A DNA stretch of 64,000 bases from Hemiscyllium ocellatum (GCF_020745735.1 NC_083417.1:63612001-63676000), one strand, 5' to 3'; numbered from the stretch's first letter, positions 26,771-40,385 are shown. A program made the numbers and translations. The notes: generated by a model not told the origin, from the letters alone.

Positions 26771-27379
26771 GGCCTCAGAAAAAAAACATAAAACCAGATT
26801 ATGTTAATTAAGTAGATTTAATAACATTTTTCCTGAACTTGTTCAGCCACCAGAAAAGAACTACCTGCCAAGTCACAAACAGCCACAAGTGAAGAACAGA
26901 GAGCAATAGCATAGTAATGACAAGGAAACATATAATTCGATCGGATACTCTCAGACACTCTTCAGATATTTGGAGATACTGAGATCAGCATGCGCTGTGT
27001 TGCTGGTCAGAAGAACGCAATCAATTTCCTCAACATCAACCATCCCAAATGCAAAATACAACCCAAGTTTCTCAAAGTTAAACAACGTAAGTGATCTCAA
27101 CGGCAATATTATATATTTAAGAGATCGCTCTGCTATATGGGCCCAATGACAATAAAAAAAATTAACTTTTTTTTGTATTGTTTACTGATGTGAAGAAACA
27201 CGTGAAGGAATGTAACCAACTGCAGAATTTTCAAGCTATGCAGCCAGCATATAAATTATGTGCTTTATAATTATGGAAACATTTTTATACTGATCAAAAA
27301 CAATTGTTATATCGCTGTAAGAGCAGATTTCACTAAGAGCATTTGGCAATGTTCAATATCTGAGGTTACTCCGAAAAAG

Positions 27380-29130
27380 ACAACTTTATGGAGATTTGAC
27401 AGGCAGAATTTTGAGGGACTACATAGCGTAGAATAAGGAGAGGCTATTCCTGTTCGTATATTAAAAATAACGAGGGAGTATTGTTATGAATTGATACCTG
27501 AAGGTCAAGGGTTTTGAGGGGAAAAAAGAGTTTGCAAAGTAAGCAATTCGGCTACGGAATAAATCGCCTTGAATGTAGGTGTTGGCGGTTCAGTTGAGGC
27601 ATTCATGAGGCAATTGGATGGTTGCTTAGAAAGAAATGGTGTGCAAGATATAAGGAAAAGGCTCTTGATAATGATGCTTGTTTGAAGAGCCGGTGCTGGG
27701 TATGAATACTACAATTCTGAATGGGTACTTGCATCAAAGAATTTAGCCCAAACTCGCGTCAAAAGCAGGAAGCAATAGTTAGTTGTCAGCGTGTGTGATC
27801 TGATACTGGAAGATTGTTTCCAATCCGATTCCACAGTGTCTAGTTCTGGCTCCATTGTTTCTCCATGATACATAACAGATTTCAATTTAGTGGGCATGAT
27901 TAAGAAGTTTGCAGATGATGCAAACATGATAATGTATTGACAATGGGGAAAGAAGCTGTAGACTTCAGGAAGGTAACAATAGATTAGTGACATGTCCAGA
28001 ATGTTAGTAGATGAAATATGATGTTTGTGAATGGTAAATAAGGCAAAATAATACATACCAAATAGCATGATGCTGTTGAACACAGAGGAACAGAGCGGCC
28101 ATTCAAAATATGTCCACAAATCCGTATACACAGCAAAATAGGTAGATATCTTTGTTTCGTCTTTAGCCGCAGGTAAGACCCCAGAAGACTGAATAATGTT
28201 GTTCCTTTGTACATGAAGGGCAACGGTGATAATGCAGGACATTATAGCCTGGTGAGACTAGCATCTGCAGTGGGGAAACTGCCGAGAATGTTTTTAAGTA
28301 CAGGATTTATTCGCATTTGGAGAAGAATGGACTTATTAGGCTAAGTCAGCATAGCTTTATGCGGAGGAGGCCTTGTATCTTAAATTTGATTCAATTATGT
28401 TGAGGAAGTGACAAAGATTATGAGTTAGGGCAGTGAATGTTGTCTACAGGGACTTCACTAAAGTGTTTGAGAATAGAAATGGGAACATCAGGTTGAGATT
28501 GCAGATGATATTAATGAACCCTCTTTTGGAGTTTTGCGTGCAGTTCTGCTCGCCCCATTATAGGAAGGATCTTACTGAAGAAGGTTCAGAAAAAAAAACA
28601 TTTTTCAGGATGTTGCTGGAATTGGCAAATACAAAAATATACCAAAATGCGCTGAATAGACTGGGACTTTTCCATTGGAGTGTGGGAGATTGAGGCGTGA
28701 CCTTATAAAAGTTTATGTAAGCATGAGGTGGATAAAAATATTAATAGCAAGGATCTTTTCCCTAGGGTAGGGGAGTTCAAAACTAGGGACCATATTTTTA
28801 AGATAAGAGGAGAAAAATTAAACAAGGACATCAGTGGCAACCTTTTTACAAAAAGGTGTTTCATGTGTGGAATGAACTGCCAGAGAAAATGGTGGATGAA
28901 GGTACATTTAAAATATTTAAAAGACATTTGGATTAATACATGAAAAGGAAAATTTGGAGGGATAAGGGCCAAACGCAGGCAAGTGGGACTCTTTTAGTTT
29001 TTGAGTATGGTCAGTGTGGGCTAGTTGGAACAGAGGGTCTATATCCATGCTGTAATTCATATCAATGACAAACTTGTAATGATCATAGAAAGGATACAGA
29101 AGAGGTTGACGAGTACGGTGTTAGAGATTT
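27380..29130 (+). mobile_element. Stack of decayed CR1-clade LINE fragments
   Basis: KKFADDAN, NVVYRDFTK, LEFCVQFCSPHYRKD, DLFPRVGEFKTRDHIFKIRG. The minus ORF 27709-28242 is its antisense reading. Confidence 0.7.
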
Positions 29131-29401
29131 TGAATATTAGCTCTCAAGCAAACGAGGAAAAGCTAAAATGCGGCTTTTACTCGCGTTTTCCCTGTTGTCT
29201 AACTTACAGTACCTTGACGAAATATTACCGACTTCTCGAGCGTGAAGTAGCTTCTGTTTATGAAAATTAAACTTGTTCTCTTCCATCTGCTTCAGTGACT
29301 TTCTAGATTCATCAGACGAATAACGGGAAACACTATATAATCCCATTTAACAAACGACGCCTATTTCTGAACCCTCAATTAGACGATGCCAAATGTCAAT
29401 G

Positions 29402-29475
29402 CGACGTAACTCCAAAAAAGAACCGCAAACTCATCTCAATTGCGAAGTCGTCATAACTGCAGACAATCAGCATCT
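29402..29475 (+). promoter_or_regulatory. Gene B proximal promoter candidate: CRE/ATF-like + RUNX-like sites
   Basis: CGACGTAA (29402-29409), AACCGCA (29421-29427) and CTGCAGACA..CATC about 30-100 nt upstream of the ATG. Similar motifs lie upstream of genes C and D. Confidence 0.35.
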
Positions 29476-29503
29476 GAATCTGTCACTTCAGCCGTTGCTC
29501 AGA

Positions 29504-29558
29504 ATGACAGCCAACACCATTTTTCTCTGCGTGATTCTCCAATGGATTATTCATATAG
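29504..29558 (+). CDS. Gene B exon 1: signal peptide MTANTIFLCVILQWIIHI
   Basis: 55 nt, phase-1 donor AG|GTATCA, same size as the gene D leader, hydrophobic core, frame-compatible with the V exon. Confidence 0.8.
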
Positions 29559-30033
29559 GTATCACTAATTTATGAAATGCTTCCGAAACATTTTTACACG
29601 GTTTAGAGCAAGCTACGTCCTCTACCCGACTATCCCTTAACGAGGACGTGATGTAGTAGTGATAGCTAATATTCAAATAACGCGAAAGGTTTGAAATTCA
29701 ATTTGACTTCACGTAGTGTGTTTGGAATATGAATCTCGAGTCAGTAAAGATGACAATGAAAAGATAGTCGATTATCATTAAGAACTAACTAGCTGATTGA
29801 TTTCCATTCTTAACGTTAAGGAAGGAAATCTGCTATCCTTTCTTGCTCCTGACGACGTGATCTGGAGCAATGTGACTGACGCTTAGCTTTCTTCTGAAAT
29901 AGTTCAGAAGCCTCTCAGAACCGGAGTAGTTAGGAAAGGGCAATGATGCCTTTGCTAGCTATACTCATGTACCATGATTTTTTAGAATGGTTGTTTATTT
30001 TACAATTAATATGAACTTGCATATTTCTGCCAG

Positions 30034-30354
30034 CTGCGGATCGTACTTCATTCACTGTGTCCCAGGCACCTGAAGAAGCGAAAGTTCTCAGAGGAGAGAG
30101 TACTACCTTCTACTGCATATTTCCTCTCTCGAACGACCAAACTTGGGTACGGGTGTTATGGTGGAAACACGCCGAGAATGAATACTTGCGTACAAGCACA
30201 GACAAGAGAAAGAGGTTTGGGATGGAAAGTAGAGCAAGCGGTTTCCTTCAGCTACTGGGTGTGACAATCCAAGACGCTGGGATCTATCACTGCACCGTGA
30301 TCCGCCAGGGAGAGGTTAGAGGCAATGGCACTGGATCGCGTTTAACTGTGTATG
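30034..30354 (+). CDS. Gene B exon 2: germline-joined VJ-type Ig V domain
   Basis: TTTCTGCCAG acceptor, G|GTAAAT donor, 321 nt, phase 1-1. VSQAP..G.STTFYC..VLWWK..LQLLGVTIQDAGIYHC..GNGTGSRLTV. Confidence 0.93.
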
Positions 30355-30480
30355 GTAAATGAATATGTTGAGCAGGGATCTTTTGAAACAGTTTTATTAT
30401 ATCCTCTTTGTCAGTATAAAGGTGGCTATTAATACAATTCGCGATCATGCTCCTTGTTTAAATCTACTAATTAGACAGAT

Positions 30481-30655
30481 AAAAATCACACACCACCAGG
30501 TTATAGTTCAACAGGTTTATTTGGCAGCACTAGCGTTCCGAGCGCAGCTCCGAAAGCTAGTGATTCCAAGCAAACCTGTAGGACTATAATCTGATATTGT
30601 GTGAGTTTTAACTTTGTACACCCCGATCCAACACCGGCACCTCGAAATCATGGCT
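30481..30655. mobile_element. Penelope-type inverted-repeat element in the gene B V-C1 intron
   Basis: AAAATCACACACCACCAGGTTATAG is complementary to CTATAATCTGATATTGTGTGAGTTTT. Centre GCTCCGAAAGCTAG; same family as 4625-4791. Confidence 0.7.
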
Positions 30656-30861
30656 AATTAGACATGTAGCGTCACACGCAAATTGCGACCAAATGATCTA
30701 ATATTAATCAGTTAGACTGGAACTGCAAAGGCAACATATGCATCAACTTAATTATCGCGAAAACTCGGAACAGTGTTCAAGTTTCTAACAGATTGAAAGC
30801 TTTTGTGTTATTGTGTTCCTCTCCCATCACCTTTCCCAGCTACATGTATACCGCCCTGTTC

Positions 30862-30975
30862 CTCGGTACTCTCAAGTGAAGAAGGGTCACTAGACCCGAA
30901 ACTTTAACTCTTTATTTTCTCTATAGATGCTACCAGATCTGCTGACTTTGCTAGCAATTTTTGTATTGTTTCTGA
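30862..30975 (+). mobile_element. Penelope-type short element with degenerate hammerhead core
   Basis: GTGAAGAAGGGTCACTAGACCCGAAACTTTAAC...ATAGATGCTACCAGATCTGCTGA. Confidence 0.55.
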
Positions 30976-31792
30976 GTCCCTGTGTAATACGCATCTCCGA
31001 ACCAAACACCTTGCTTAGGTTTTTTTTAGTGCACGTTTCCGCCTAACGTTGCCTTGGTTAATCGGCATGCCTGAAATTTAATCTCACATATTGTCAGAAT
31101 TGAGGAATTCAACGTCACTGAGCTGCTAATTGTCGAATAAATGATTTACCCACGATCTGGAGCTTCAAACACATGGATTGCATCACTAGCGCCCAATAAA
31201 TAAAATAAACAGAGGTTCGGTTTTCCTGAAATCTCTTGGTCTTCAGCTGAATGCATTGTATTCCAATAATTGTTATACTCCAGCTACGAGTTATTCCAAA
31301 GCTGGTAAAGCCCCCATTTATCACAAAGATTGTGCATATTGTTGACCACATACCTCTTAGTATGTATCAAACATGTAAAGATTCATTGTTTCAACCGACT
31401 CCCTTAAATTTCGATTTTGGATTATGGAAGCTAAACACAACGTAATAAGACTTTTCGATTGCTCTGCCGAGTAATTTAAATTTTGAAGAACTCGAAACGT
31501 CACATTTGTTTTCTCTCTACAGATGCTGACAGACCTCCTGTAATTCCGTTTTGATTTATGTTAATTCAAAGTCTTGGTGTTAATAACATAGGTAAAATTG
31601 ACTCAGTCGTCGATTTCTATCTGAGGCATTGAGAGGACGCGCATAAAATATGTTTAAGATTAAAAAGAAAAGAGTCTGCGCCTTCGAATGCCGTCGTAGT
31701 AAAAATAAGCGGTCTGAACTTAGATAAGAACAATACTTAGTTTCTCCTAAACTCATACAGTAACTTAATTTTGTTCATTCTGTGCTTTGCAG

Positions 31793-32104
31793 CGGCCCCA
31801 ACACCACTAACTATTGTCTCCGGGCTATCAGAAGGGAATTCCTCTGCATCACTGGCTTTAAACTGTGAAACAGCTGCGTTTTATCCGGAAAATCTCACAC
31901 TCACTTGGTATAAGAATGGTGTTGAATCTGCATTCGGAATAAAGACAAGTAAAATAAAAAACACGGAAGGACTATATAAAGTTTCCAGTACTTTAGTTGA
32001 GACGCAATCTGTCCTGAGTGGCACTAATTATACCTGTTCGGTAAAACACGTCTCTCTCCAGGCGCCAGCTGTTGTCAACTATACCGTTTGGAAATCTAAT
32101 CGAG
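31793..32104 (+). CDS. Gene B exon 3: C1-set Ig constant domain
   Basis: TTTGCAG acceptor, G|GTAGGA donor, 312 nt, phase 1-1. LNCETAAFYPENLTLTWYKNG...GLYKVSSTL...YTCSVKHVSL contains the C1-set hallmarks. Confidence 0.93.
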
Positions 32105-32830
32105 GTAGGACACGGACTTCCAAAGAAAATCCGTAACTGTTGAATTCGTAAAGACCAATTCGGTACTTAGCGCATATTATTAAAAATAGGGACGGAGCAT
32201 TGAAGTCTGAAAGAAAAAGATAAACGAACAACAATGTTTACCAAATGTATGGCGCATTTCAGCCTGATGTTCTCAAAACCGGGTCATATCATTCGCCACA
32301 CAAATATTCTCAGTTCAATTTATTTAATTGCAAATTCATCCACTGCATTTACAAAATGGCAAGAATGGAAATTAAGAGCAGAAGTCGGCCTAAAAGCTTG
32401 CATAATCTGCTTATTACCGATTTTTAAAATCAACTCCAGTCTCCAGCACGATCCCCATATTCATCGGTTGCGTTAGTGCCACAAATGCTATAGATTGCGT
32501 CTCTGATGGTCAGAAAGTCGTTCTCTCTGGAGTTGAGATTGCTGAAGATTCAGAGCCTTTGAAAAAATAAAATGTCCTAATAGTAGTGCTAAATAGCCGA
32601 ACTCTCAGCTTGTGAAAATAACCTGAAAGTCTAGATTCATGCCAAGGGGTAACAGAAAACTCTTCTTCTTTATGTAAACTAGACCCTATATCGCTTTTTA
32701 TTAAATGATATTGAATTATTACAGACACAGGAATTTATCTCATAAACAGTTTTAGTCCTTTTTGCAAAATATAAAACAGAAATTTAGCCACTTGAGCAAG
32801 TTAATATCTACATTCATGTTAATCTTGCAG

Positions 32831-32944
32831 ATATTGCCCATATGCCATTTTACTACTCGTGCCTCAGATACATGGTGGGTAGACTGGCGTTTCTATTACT
32901 CCTGATTATCACCGGGTCGCACTGTGCAATAGAGTTTGAGAAAA
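32831..32944 (+). CDS. Gene B exon 4: stalk + transmembrane helix containing Arg
   Basis: ATCTTGCAG acceptor, A|GTAAGT donor, 114 nt, phase 1-1. DIAHMPFYYSCLRYMVGRLAFLLLLIITGSHCAIEFEK; Arg codon AGA at 32881-32883. Confidence 0.85.
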
Positions 32945-34521
32945 GTAAGTTTAATGTGATATTTTGATTTTAATACAGATATCAGTTGGTGATAGATTGA
33001 ACGTTAATGAGTATTCCAGGGAACGATCATTATTTTTGAACCAACAGTCTCTTTTCCCGACGAGTCACTGTGCTTTTTTCCCGGAAAGTAATAAATTCTC
33101 CAGTTCAAAACACAAAATTATGTGAAAAATGGATCTGATCAGCCAGATATCAGCAATTACAATGTTCACCGGCAGCAAGGACTGAATCAAATTTGACTTT
33201 ACACGCTCCGTTTGCAAACATCTATCCTGACACCGCAATTAGTTTTTGCGAGGTTTTGAGGGTGTTAGCCTTGAAATGGTTACAGACCATTGTTAGTCTC
33301 TACAGAGGATAGAGTTTCACTGTTGCAGAAATCAGCATTAGAAAAACAGGTTCAATTTTTGCACAATCTATAGAAATGTCTTTTTAAAAATCGCATTCAA
33401 ACCTTTTTAAAAAAAAATCATTATTTTTTAAAACAAGTAGGAATTGATGTGAAAGCTGTTCATAGCTATTTTATTGCTTCAACATAAGTCGAAGTCTAAA
33501 GCGAGCTTAACGCCGCGATCAACCGATCTGTTCATCCATGTATTTCCCACAGATGAAAATAACCAATCTTTGTAGTTTTGGACGTATTCTTGCAATGACA
33601 AATGCCTAACAGCAGGCGCTAAGGAATTAAGCTGGTTTTTCGAGAGTAAAAGGTCGCTGTTACGGAGTGCCATTTTCTTTCCCACGACCAGTGTGTTCCT
33701 GATATAACCAAATAAACAGACCGGAAAAAACCCGGAAAATGCCGTTGAAATCCAAATACATAGTAAAACAGCATAGTTCTACTTGCATATTATAAATCGG
33801 TTGTAAACTTTAGCACATTTATACCTGCGCTGTACTGAGTCCATTGACATATTTAGATATTTGTTACACAATGAGCGAACTAATTACGTACTTTCGCAGT
33901 CGCGATTATTGAACAGCATTCATCATGGTTTCTGCGCGTTATGTTTCACCATTGTTCAGTGTTTCACTAATAAAACAATGAAAAGCAATGAAGTCGGCAA
34001 TGAAGTATTTCCTTGTGGAGTGTACAGAAAGCATAGGTCTAAAGTGCTAACACTTTGCATTGGCGCAATCTTAACGATTAAAACCTCTAGAGTCATTCTC
34101 GAACAGGACCTCCTGTGAACATGCAAGTTGTGCTGAGAAGTGAATCAACCATCCAAAGATCACCACAGGTACTCATATTGCTGTGAGAAATGGTACTATA
34201 AAGTTGGTTGCCTGCAGTCATGTATTGTAGTTCAGGCTTTTTGCGCTTTTTTACAACCCTTTGCTTAATCCTTCGAGCACCAGCCTAAAAAAATCACGAA
34301 TTAACAATTTCCCAAAACATCAATTTTCAGACCAAACAAGAGAAGCACGGGACTGCAGAATAATCAAGCAGCCAAAGAAAACGGAAGAATATTTAAAAAT
34401 ACTGTCAGCCAAGAAGAAGCGTAACGTATCAAATGATTGCATCATTGAATGGAGACTGTAATCGTCTGCGGGTTTTGAGAGGACTTGTAGCTCAGGTTGA
34501 GGTTCTGGATGTAGGTTTGCT

Positions 34522-34738
34522 GCTGAGCTGGAAGTTCCGTTTTCAGACGTTTTGTCATCATATTAAGTAACATTTTCAGTCAGTCTTCAAATGAAGCACT
34601 GGTGGTGTAGCCCGCTTTCTCAAACTCAAACATATAAATAGAAAGCGGGCTACAGCACTAGTGTTTCATTTGGAGGCTCACTAAAGATGTTACTTAGTAT
34701 AATGACAAAATGTCTGAAAATGAAACTTCCAGCACAGC
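34522..34738. mobile_element. ~99-bp-arm inverted repeat from a Penelope-type family (decayed hammerhead-like cores)
   Basis: 34522-34620 is the approximate reverse complement of 34640-34738, with a 19-nt spacer. The right arm reads CACTAAAGATGTTACTTAGTATAATGACAAAATGTCTG. Confidence 0.75.
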
Positions 34739-34942
34739 ATACATCCAGAACAATAATTGTCTGTTATTTCATAGATACTTCTGGAAATTTCTGTAATAAA
34801 ACAACAATGTGCTTTTTTGAGAAATTAGTAGTTTTTAATGCAAGGTATGCCACACTATTTAGTCATCATGATGTGCATAGTCAATAAAACAAAATCCTGT
34901 TGGATCATTTTCTTCTCCATCAAACATTTGTGTGTTTTTCAG

Positions 34943-34968
34943 GTACTACTATAAAGCCTGATCTTTGA
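34943..34968 (+). CDS. Gene B probable last coding exon: STTIKPDL-stop
   Basis: TGTGTTTTTCAG acceptor; phase 1 continues the frame to TGA at 34966-34968. I found no ITIM-bearing exon downstream. Confidence 0.55.
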
Positions 34969-37900
34969 TTTGCATTCTGACCCCTAGAACAGACAATTCT
35001 TTTGATTTGTTTGATCTGTGAACTGGTGGAATCCTTTCCTGAACACAAACAACTCGATTCAAAGTAGGAGATGTGTTTTCCGATAATGTGTACGATTGTT
35101 CATTTTATTTCTAAGGGACCCATTTAGACAATTATTAGACAGGAGCAGAAGAACGACTAGCAGCTGAAAAATTGCAATGGATTTGTTTTAATTGAGATTA
35201 TCCCTGCTTCACAGTGGCTGGCTGATCACCTGAAGGACGGTCAATAATTATTTGAGTTGTTTTAGGATTATCTCACACCAATTCTACAACTGTGCCATGG
35301 TCAAAAGTTTATGACGAATTTTAAGGATAACTTTATAAAGAAGCTATCTCACAATTGTTCTGGTATGACGAATTTGTAATTTAACATGCTTTTTGGGATC
35401 TATAAAGTTACAATAGAAATTAAGAACAGACGTTTCCAAAATACTGTACTCCACTCGCAAAATGAACAATCTCTTGTCATAACTTTTCATGATGAATGAC
35501 ATTAACCTTTTTCCAAGCAAATACCATTTTGCTGCTGAGGACATTCAAATCCTATATTCTGTATAGTCTCTGTGGTAAAAAAAAATCTTGCTCGACTATT
35601 CTCCTTCATTCTTTCTGATTACATGAAAGTTGTCCCACGATCAGTCAGCTGCTAGGCGGTGGAATCATTTCATCACGACTTGCGCATCATACTATAGGAT
35701 CGATTTGAAAACGTTTGTCAATATTTTAACCATCACAGACAACGCAAGGTAAACTCAGCAGGTCGACCAGCAGCTGTGGAGAGAGAAACGGAATTAAAGT
35801 TTTCAACTTCTTTATGATTGTTCTTCAGAGCTGTCAGTCTTTTTAAATCCTTGGAGACAGGGGGAAAGGGAAACAAACAAATTCCCACTCTTTGACATTT
35901 AGCTGGCTCCTTTGATCTGATGTTGCAGTCTTCCTTTACTATTTATGTTGATCAATACTTCCTGTTATGACGCGTGATCTCACCAAATATGAAACCAAGG
36001 CCTGTCCTTCGCACTTTCACTACATGATGGACTTTTGTAGACACCATTCATCTGTGCCTCTTCGTTCCTCATCACAACTAAAAGTCTTATTATTCACGCT
36101 ACACATTTTTCTCAGATTTCAGCGCGTGAAATTCAATATTTTCTACGTTTGTGTCTTGCATCAGACTTGCGAAGTAGAAACATTGCCAGCAGCACGTCGC
36201 GTTCAGAACTGTCACTATTTGTTTGACTCCCCAAAATACGTTTACTGCAAATTGGATTGCGTCTCAATTAAAGTACTGGAAATGTTATATGGTCCCTCGG
36301 TGTTATTTACTTTACTTGTCTTTATTCCGAGTGCAGATTCAATACCATACCCCCACACAATGCGCCCTTCCCCGCAAATCACTACCTTTGAAGATAACCG
36401 GACTCCACAGGAAACAAACGAACAAAATGCAGAACCCGTGAGACATCTCTGGGCACGTCCTTCTTTTTCAGTTGGGTTCCTCTAACTTAACTTTTCTTTT
36501 GTCTCCTCTTGCCCATCGGCCTACACTATTCGTACTTCGTTTTGCCTATATGGTGTGCAATGCCAGCTGAAATACTTCTGGAAATTCAGGTAAAATGCAC
36601 CTGCTGCACTTAACTGTTTCCTCTGTTAATTCTTCAAAAACTTCTGTAAGACAAATACGATCTGCCTTTTTTATACATTCATGCTGACTATACTTGATTC
36701 CTTTCGAAAGATATTTAGTTTAGTGCTGAAAGACAGAGGACAGGGTGTGACGTACTTAAATCCTGAACTATTTACCCCCTATGAAGTTGCAATCAAGGTC
36801 ACGCTATATTTGTCATCTCAGAGTCATGCAGTAATGAAGGTCCACAGCACAGAAAAAAAACCTTACTGTTTTAAGCCGATATAATATATTGCCAAAAAGT
36901 TGATCTTAAGTGAACACACTCCAGATTATTTTGATAACTATGCATTCAAAAATAACAGAGCAGTTAAGAAAAACATGAACATTTCGGCGTTCTATCATTG
37001 CTCGATTCTGATAAGAGGAAAGATGTTTACCAAGGGTTAATTCAGATGCTCGAATTGGTTTGCTAAATGTTAACACAAGCAATAAAGCTGAGAAGGTTAA
37101 TTTTTTAAGTATTTGGTTAGCGCGATTCATGGTAACGTCACTTCTGTTGCATGACGGCATTAACGAAACATCACGTTTCATCGTAACTGCAACAAAAACA
37201 TCTAGCCTTAGCAGCTCTAGTAGGACTGCAAAAATGTTTAAAGGCCGCACTGGGCCTTCGAATTTCATGACAGACATCAGTCAGACAGATATATGAGAAT
37301 GTAATGCAAGTTCCATTTATTTTTAACACTTTAGTTATTTGTAAGCACACAACCAACACTATCTAATTGGCTAAGTGGAATCTAGATACAATCCACGCAT
37401 GTTCACTCTGACGAGTTATACTATTCTCGCCGAACTCAGGGTCTTCTCTTAATGTAGGTTGGTTAGCTTAATGATCCAGGTTATGTTTGGAATATAGCAA
37501 ATTGTCCAACTAATATTTCACATCATTGCCTACATTGGGTCACCAACACGTCCACTTTATTGGTTCAGTGGTTGTTCCCATCCCTTGGTGCCATGGCATC
37601 GTCCATCCACAAGGGCACGTCAATCCTTGAGTTTTATCTTATTATCTACTTATCGTCAGATGCAGGGTAAATCCCCTCTCTGGTCAGTTTTAAGTCATTA
37701 TCATTGCTTTGTATTTAGTCTTCAACCCTAGTCTGATTAACGGTAATGGTAGCTTATTTGCCTATTGGGCGTTGCTGATTTTCTCTCTCGTGCACCCTTG
37801 TTTTGCCAACTCACTCTCTCGTATGCTCCCAGCAGGGGCTGATTTGTGGTTTGTTATTACCTTGGTACTCCTCGGTTTTTGTCCGTTAGTGGTATGAAGA

Positions 37901-37977
37901 ATATGTTTATGAGGGACAGATTGGGTGATGGGGGTTAGGGGTGGGGGGTAGCTGTCTCCTGTCCGCTGTCACAAATC

Positions 37978-38910
37978 CATAATACAACAAGATCATAATA
38001 CATTGGAGGAAAAATTAGGCCATTCAGCCCATCGAGTCTGCTCCACCATTCAATCATGGCTAAAAACGTTTTCAACTGCATTTCCCGTTTTTTCCAGGTA
38101 ACCTTCGATCTCCTTGGCAATCAAGAAGTTATCTTGTTCTGTTTAATATGCACTCATTGACCTGGCCTCCACAGTCTTCTGTGAAAATGAATTGCACAGA
38201 TTCACAACTCTCTAGAGAAATAAGTTTCTTCTTATCTCCGTTCTAAAGGGTCTTCCCTTTACTCTTAGGCTGTGCTCCCGGGTCTTCGTCCCTCTTGAGT
38301 TGAGAGTGTGTTGCCAGAAAATCTTCATCCCTCTTGCCAGTGGAAATATTTTCCCAGCTTCCATTCCGTCCAGGCCATTCAGTATTCTGTAATGTTCAAT
38401 CATATCAAGCCTCATCCTTCTAAACTCCATCGAGTATCGCCCCAGAGGCCTCAAAAGATGCCCATATGTTAAATTTTTCATTTCAGGGATAATTCTCGTG
38501 AACCTCCTGTGGACCCACTCCAGGGACAATACATCCTTCCAGAGTTATGGGGTCCAACATTGCTCACAATTCTCTCAATGTGGTCTATCCAGCGCTTCAG
38601 AAGTACATATCTGCTTTGATAATCTTTCACACTTAAGGTGAATGTCAACACTGTATTTGCCTTCCTAAGTACTGATTCAAACTGCAGGTTTTCCTTAAGA
38701 GAAACCTGGACTAGGATTCCTAAGTCCCGTTGCACTTCAGACTTCTGATATTCTTCCTCATTTAGAACAGAGTCCACATCTATATTCTTCCCCAGAAAGT
38801 GCATCACCTCACATTTTCCCACAATGTATTTCATCTGCCACTTCTTAGCCCACTCTGTTAACCTTTCTAAATCTTTCTGCAGCCTCCCTCTCACCTCAAT
38901 AGTACCTGCC
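37978..38910 (-). mobile_element. 5'-truncated CR1-clade LINE
   Basis: Minus ORFs LQKDLERLTEWAKKWQMKYIVGKCEVMH and LEWVHRRFTRIIPEMK; reversed tail near 37980. Confidence 0.85.
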
Positions 38911-40174
38911 TCTTCGGTGCCTTTGGAGAGAAAAAATCCTTTTTCCAATGACAGGAAGTTAGAGAAAATACGACGTATGTGCATATTACGTAAATTGACG
39001 TGTACTGGTGGGAGACTTTGTTGGGATGTCCAATTCCCTGCGACACTGGTGCTGACTGGGCAGCCTTGGTATACATTGATAGTTGTCAAAGCAGTTCCAC
39101 ACCGAGTTTGCCTTTAAAGCTGTCTGTGTAGATATGACATTCTGTTTTCCTATTTCAATCCTGCAGCGTGGAGGATCCATCAACAAAAAGTTTAAAGAGT
39201 TTTGCTGTTGCATGTATTTCATGCTTTCATACCTTTGCCTACATTTGTTCCCTCCCCGTCACCCCTGGCCTGTTATTTGGGACAAATGGTCCTTTGCCAT
39301 TATTTGATGCCACAATCTGAGATTCATGTGGGTCACCACTTGGACTACGTTTACCAGTGAGAAAAGTGGACACTCTAGTCTGTTTAATTTCAATTTTTCA
39401 ACCTTGTAATGAATTCACCTTCTTCCCATGTTCCTGATCTGACATGTTTGCACAGTTTCATTATTTGCTATTATGCGTCTTATAATTTCTTCTTTAACTT
39501 TGGAGTTCTTTTTTCTCTCCCTCTCACTTATATAATTCCTTGAAGCAACTGGCTATTGCCATAGCCTTACTGATTTTCCGGGTGTGGTTCCCTGCTCTCT
39601 ACCTCCCAAGATTGTTTTTCACACAGGTTCTGAGCCTGTGGTGATCTCCCACAATATTTCATCATAGTCTGATCACTCACAACTCACACACTTTCGAAGC
39701 ACAGTCTCCTACTTGAGGCAATTGTCCACCATTTTCTAAATAACTAATAATCTAATCCTAATCAAAAGGAAAAGTGAGAGGACAGGACTGAAGTTCAGTG
39801 ACTCTGCTCTGCTACATCGGGCTTGTGTCTGAAGGCATTTTTTCTTTACTGAATTGCCATCTGATTCCTCGAGTCAATGCATCGGACATATGTTCAACAT
39901 GCCCTCAAGGATGACTTCGAGACTTAACTCCTGTGTATTAACTAAAGCAATTCCTCAACTGCGGTCATTTATCCATCAAACCAGAAAAAACTACTGGTGT
40001 ATTGACCCATAAACTAGTCGATTACTTCTATTTCCTTCACCCACTTAATGCATGGACATCACATGAGGACTTAACCTATAATTTCAGGATCAGGCTGGGT
40101 CATTGTGATGTATCAGGATTTGATGACGTGAATCCCAGAGTGACTTCAGTCACATTATGTTAGGGCGCACCTAG

Positions 40175-40363
40175 NNNNNNNNNNNNNNNNNNNNNNNNNN
40201 NNNNNNNNNNNNNNNNNNNNNNNNNNNNNNNNNNNNNNNNNNNNNNNNNNNNNNNNNNNNNNNNNNNNNNNNNNNNNNNNNNNNNNNNNNNNNNNNNNNN
40301 NNNNNNNNNNNNNNNNNNNNNNNNNNNNNNNNNNNNNNNNNNNNNNNNNNNNNNNNNNNNNNN
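40175..40363. other. Assembly gap (189 N)
   Basis: Run of N. Confidence 0.99.
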
Positions 40364-40385
40364 GACGGGAGGAAGTAGTCATCAA

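Noticed and set aside
27709-28242. 177-aa minus-strand ORF
   Set aside because: Antisense to + strand CR1 RT fragments.
29943-30014. ATGATGCCTTTG... hydrophobic ORF just upstream of the gene B V exon as a possible leader
   Set aside because: No phase-1 GT donor, and it hits a stop before the V exon. The 29504-29558 exon fits much better.
30293-30299. RSS-heptamer-like CACCGTG in the gene B V exon (and CACAGTA at 43159-43165 in gene C) just after the second Cys
   Set aside because: No nonamer at 12 or 23 nt spacing. The match follows from the codons for C-T-V, and the J-like strand is already fused. No evidence of V(D)J rearrangement.
35967-36485. 172-aa + strand ORF downstream of gene B
   Set aside because: No recognisable domain, family similarity or convincing splice context; treated as a chance ORF.
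38478-39089. 203-aa minus-strand ORF
   Set aside because: Chimeric read-through from an unrelated repeat into a CR1 RT fragment.
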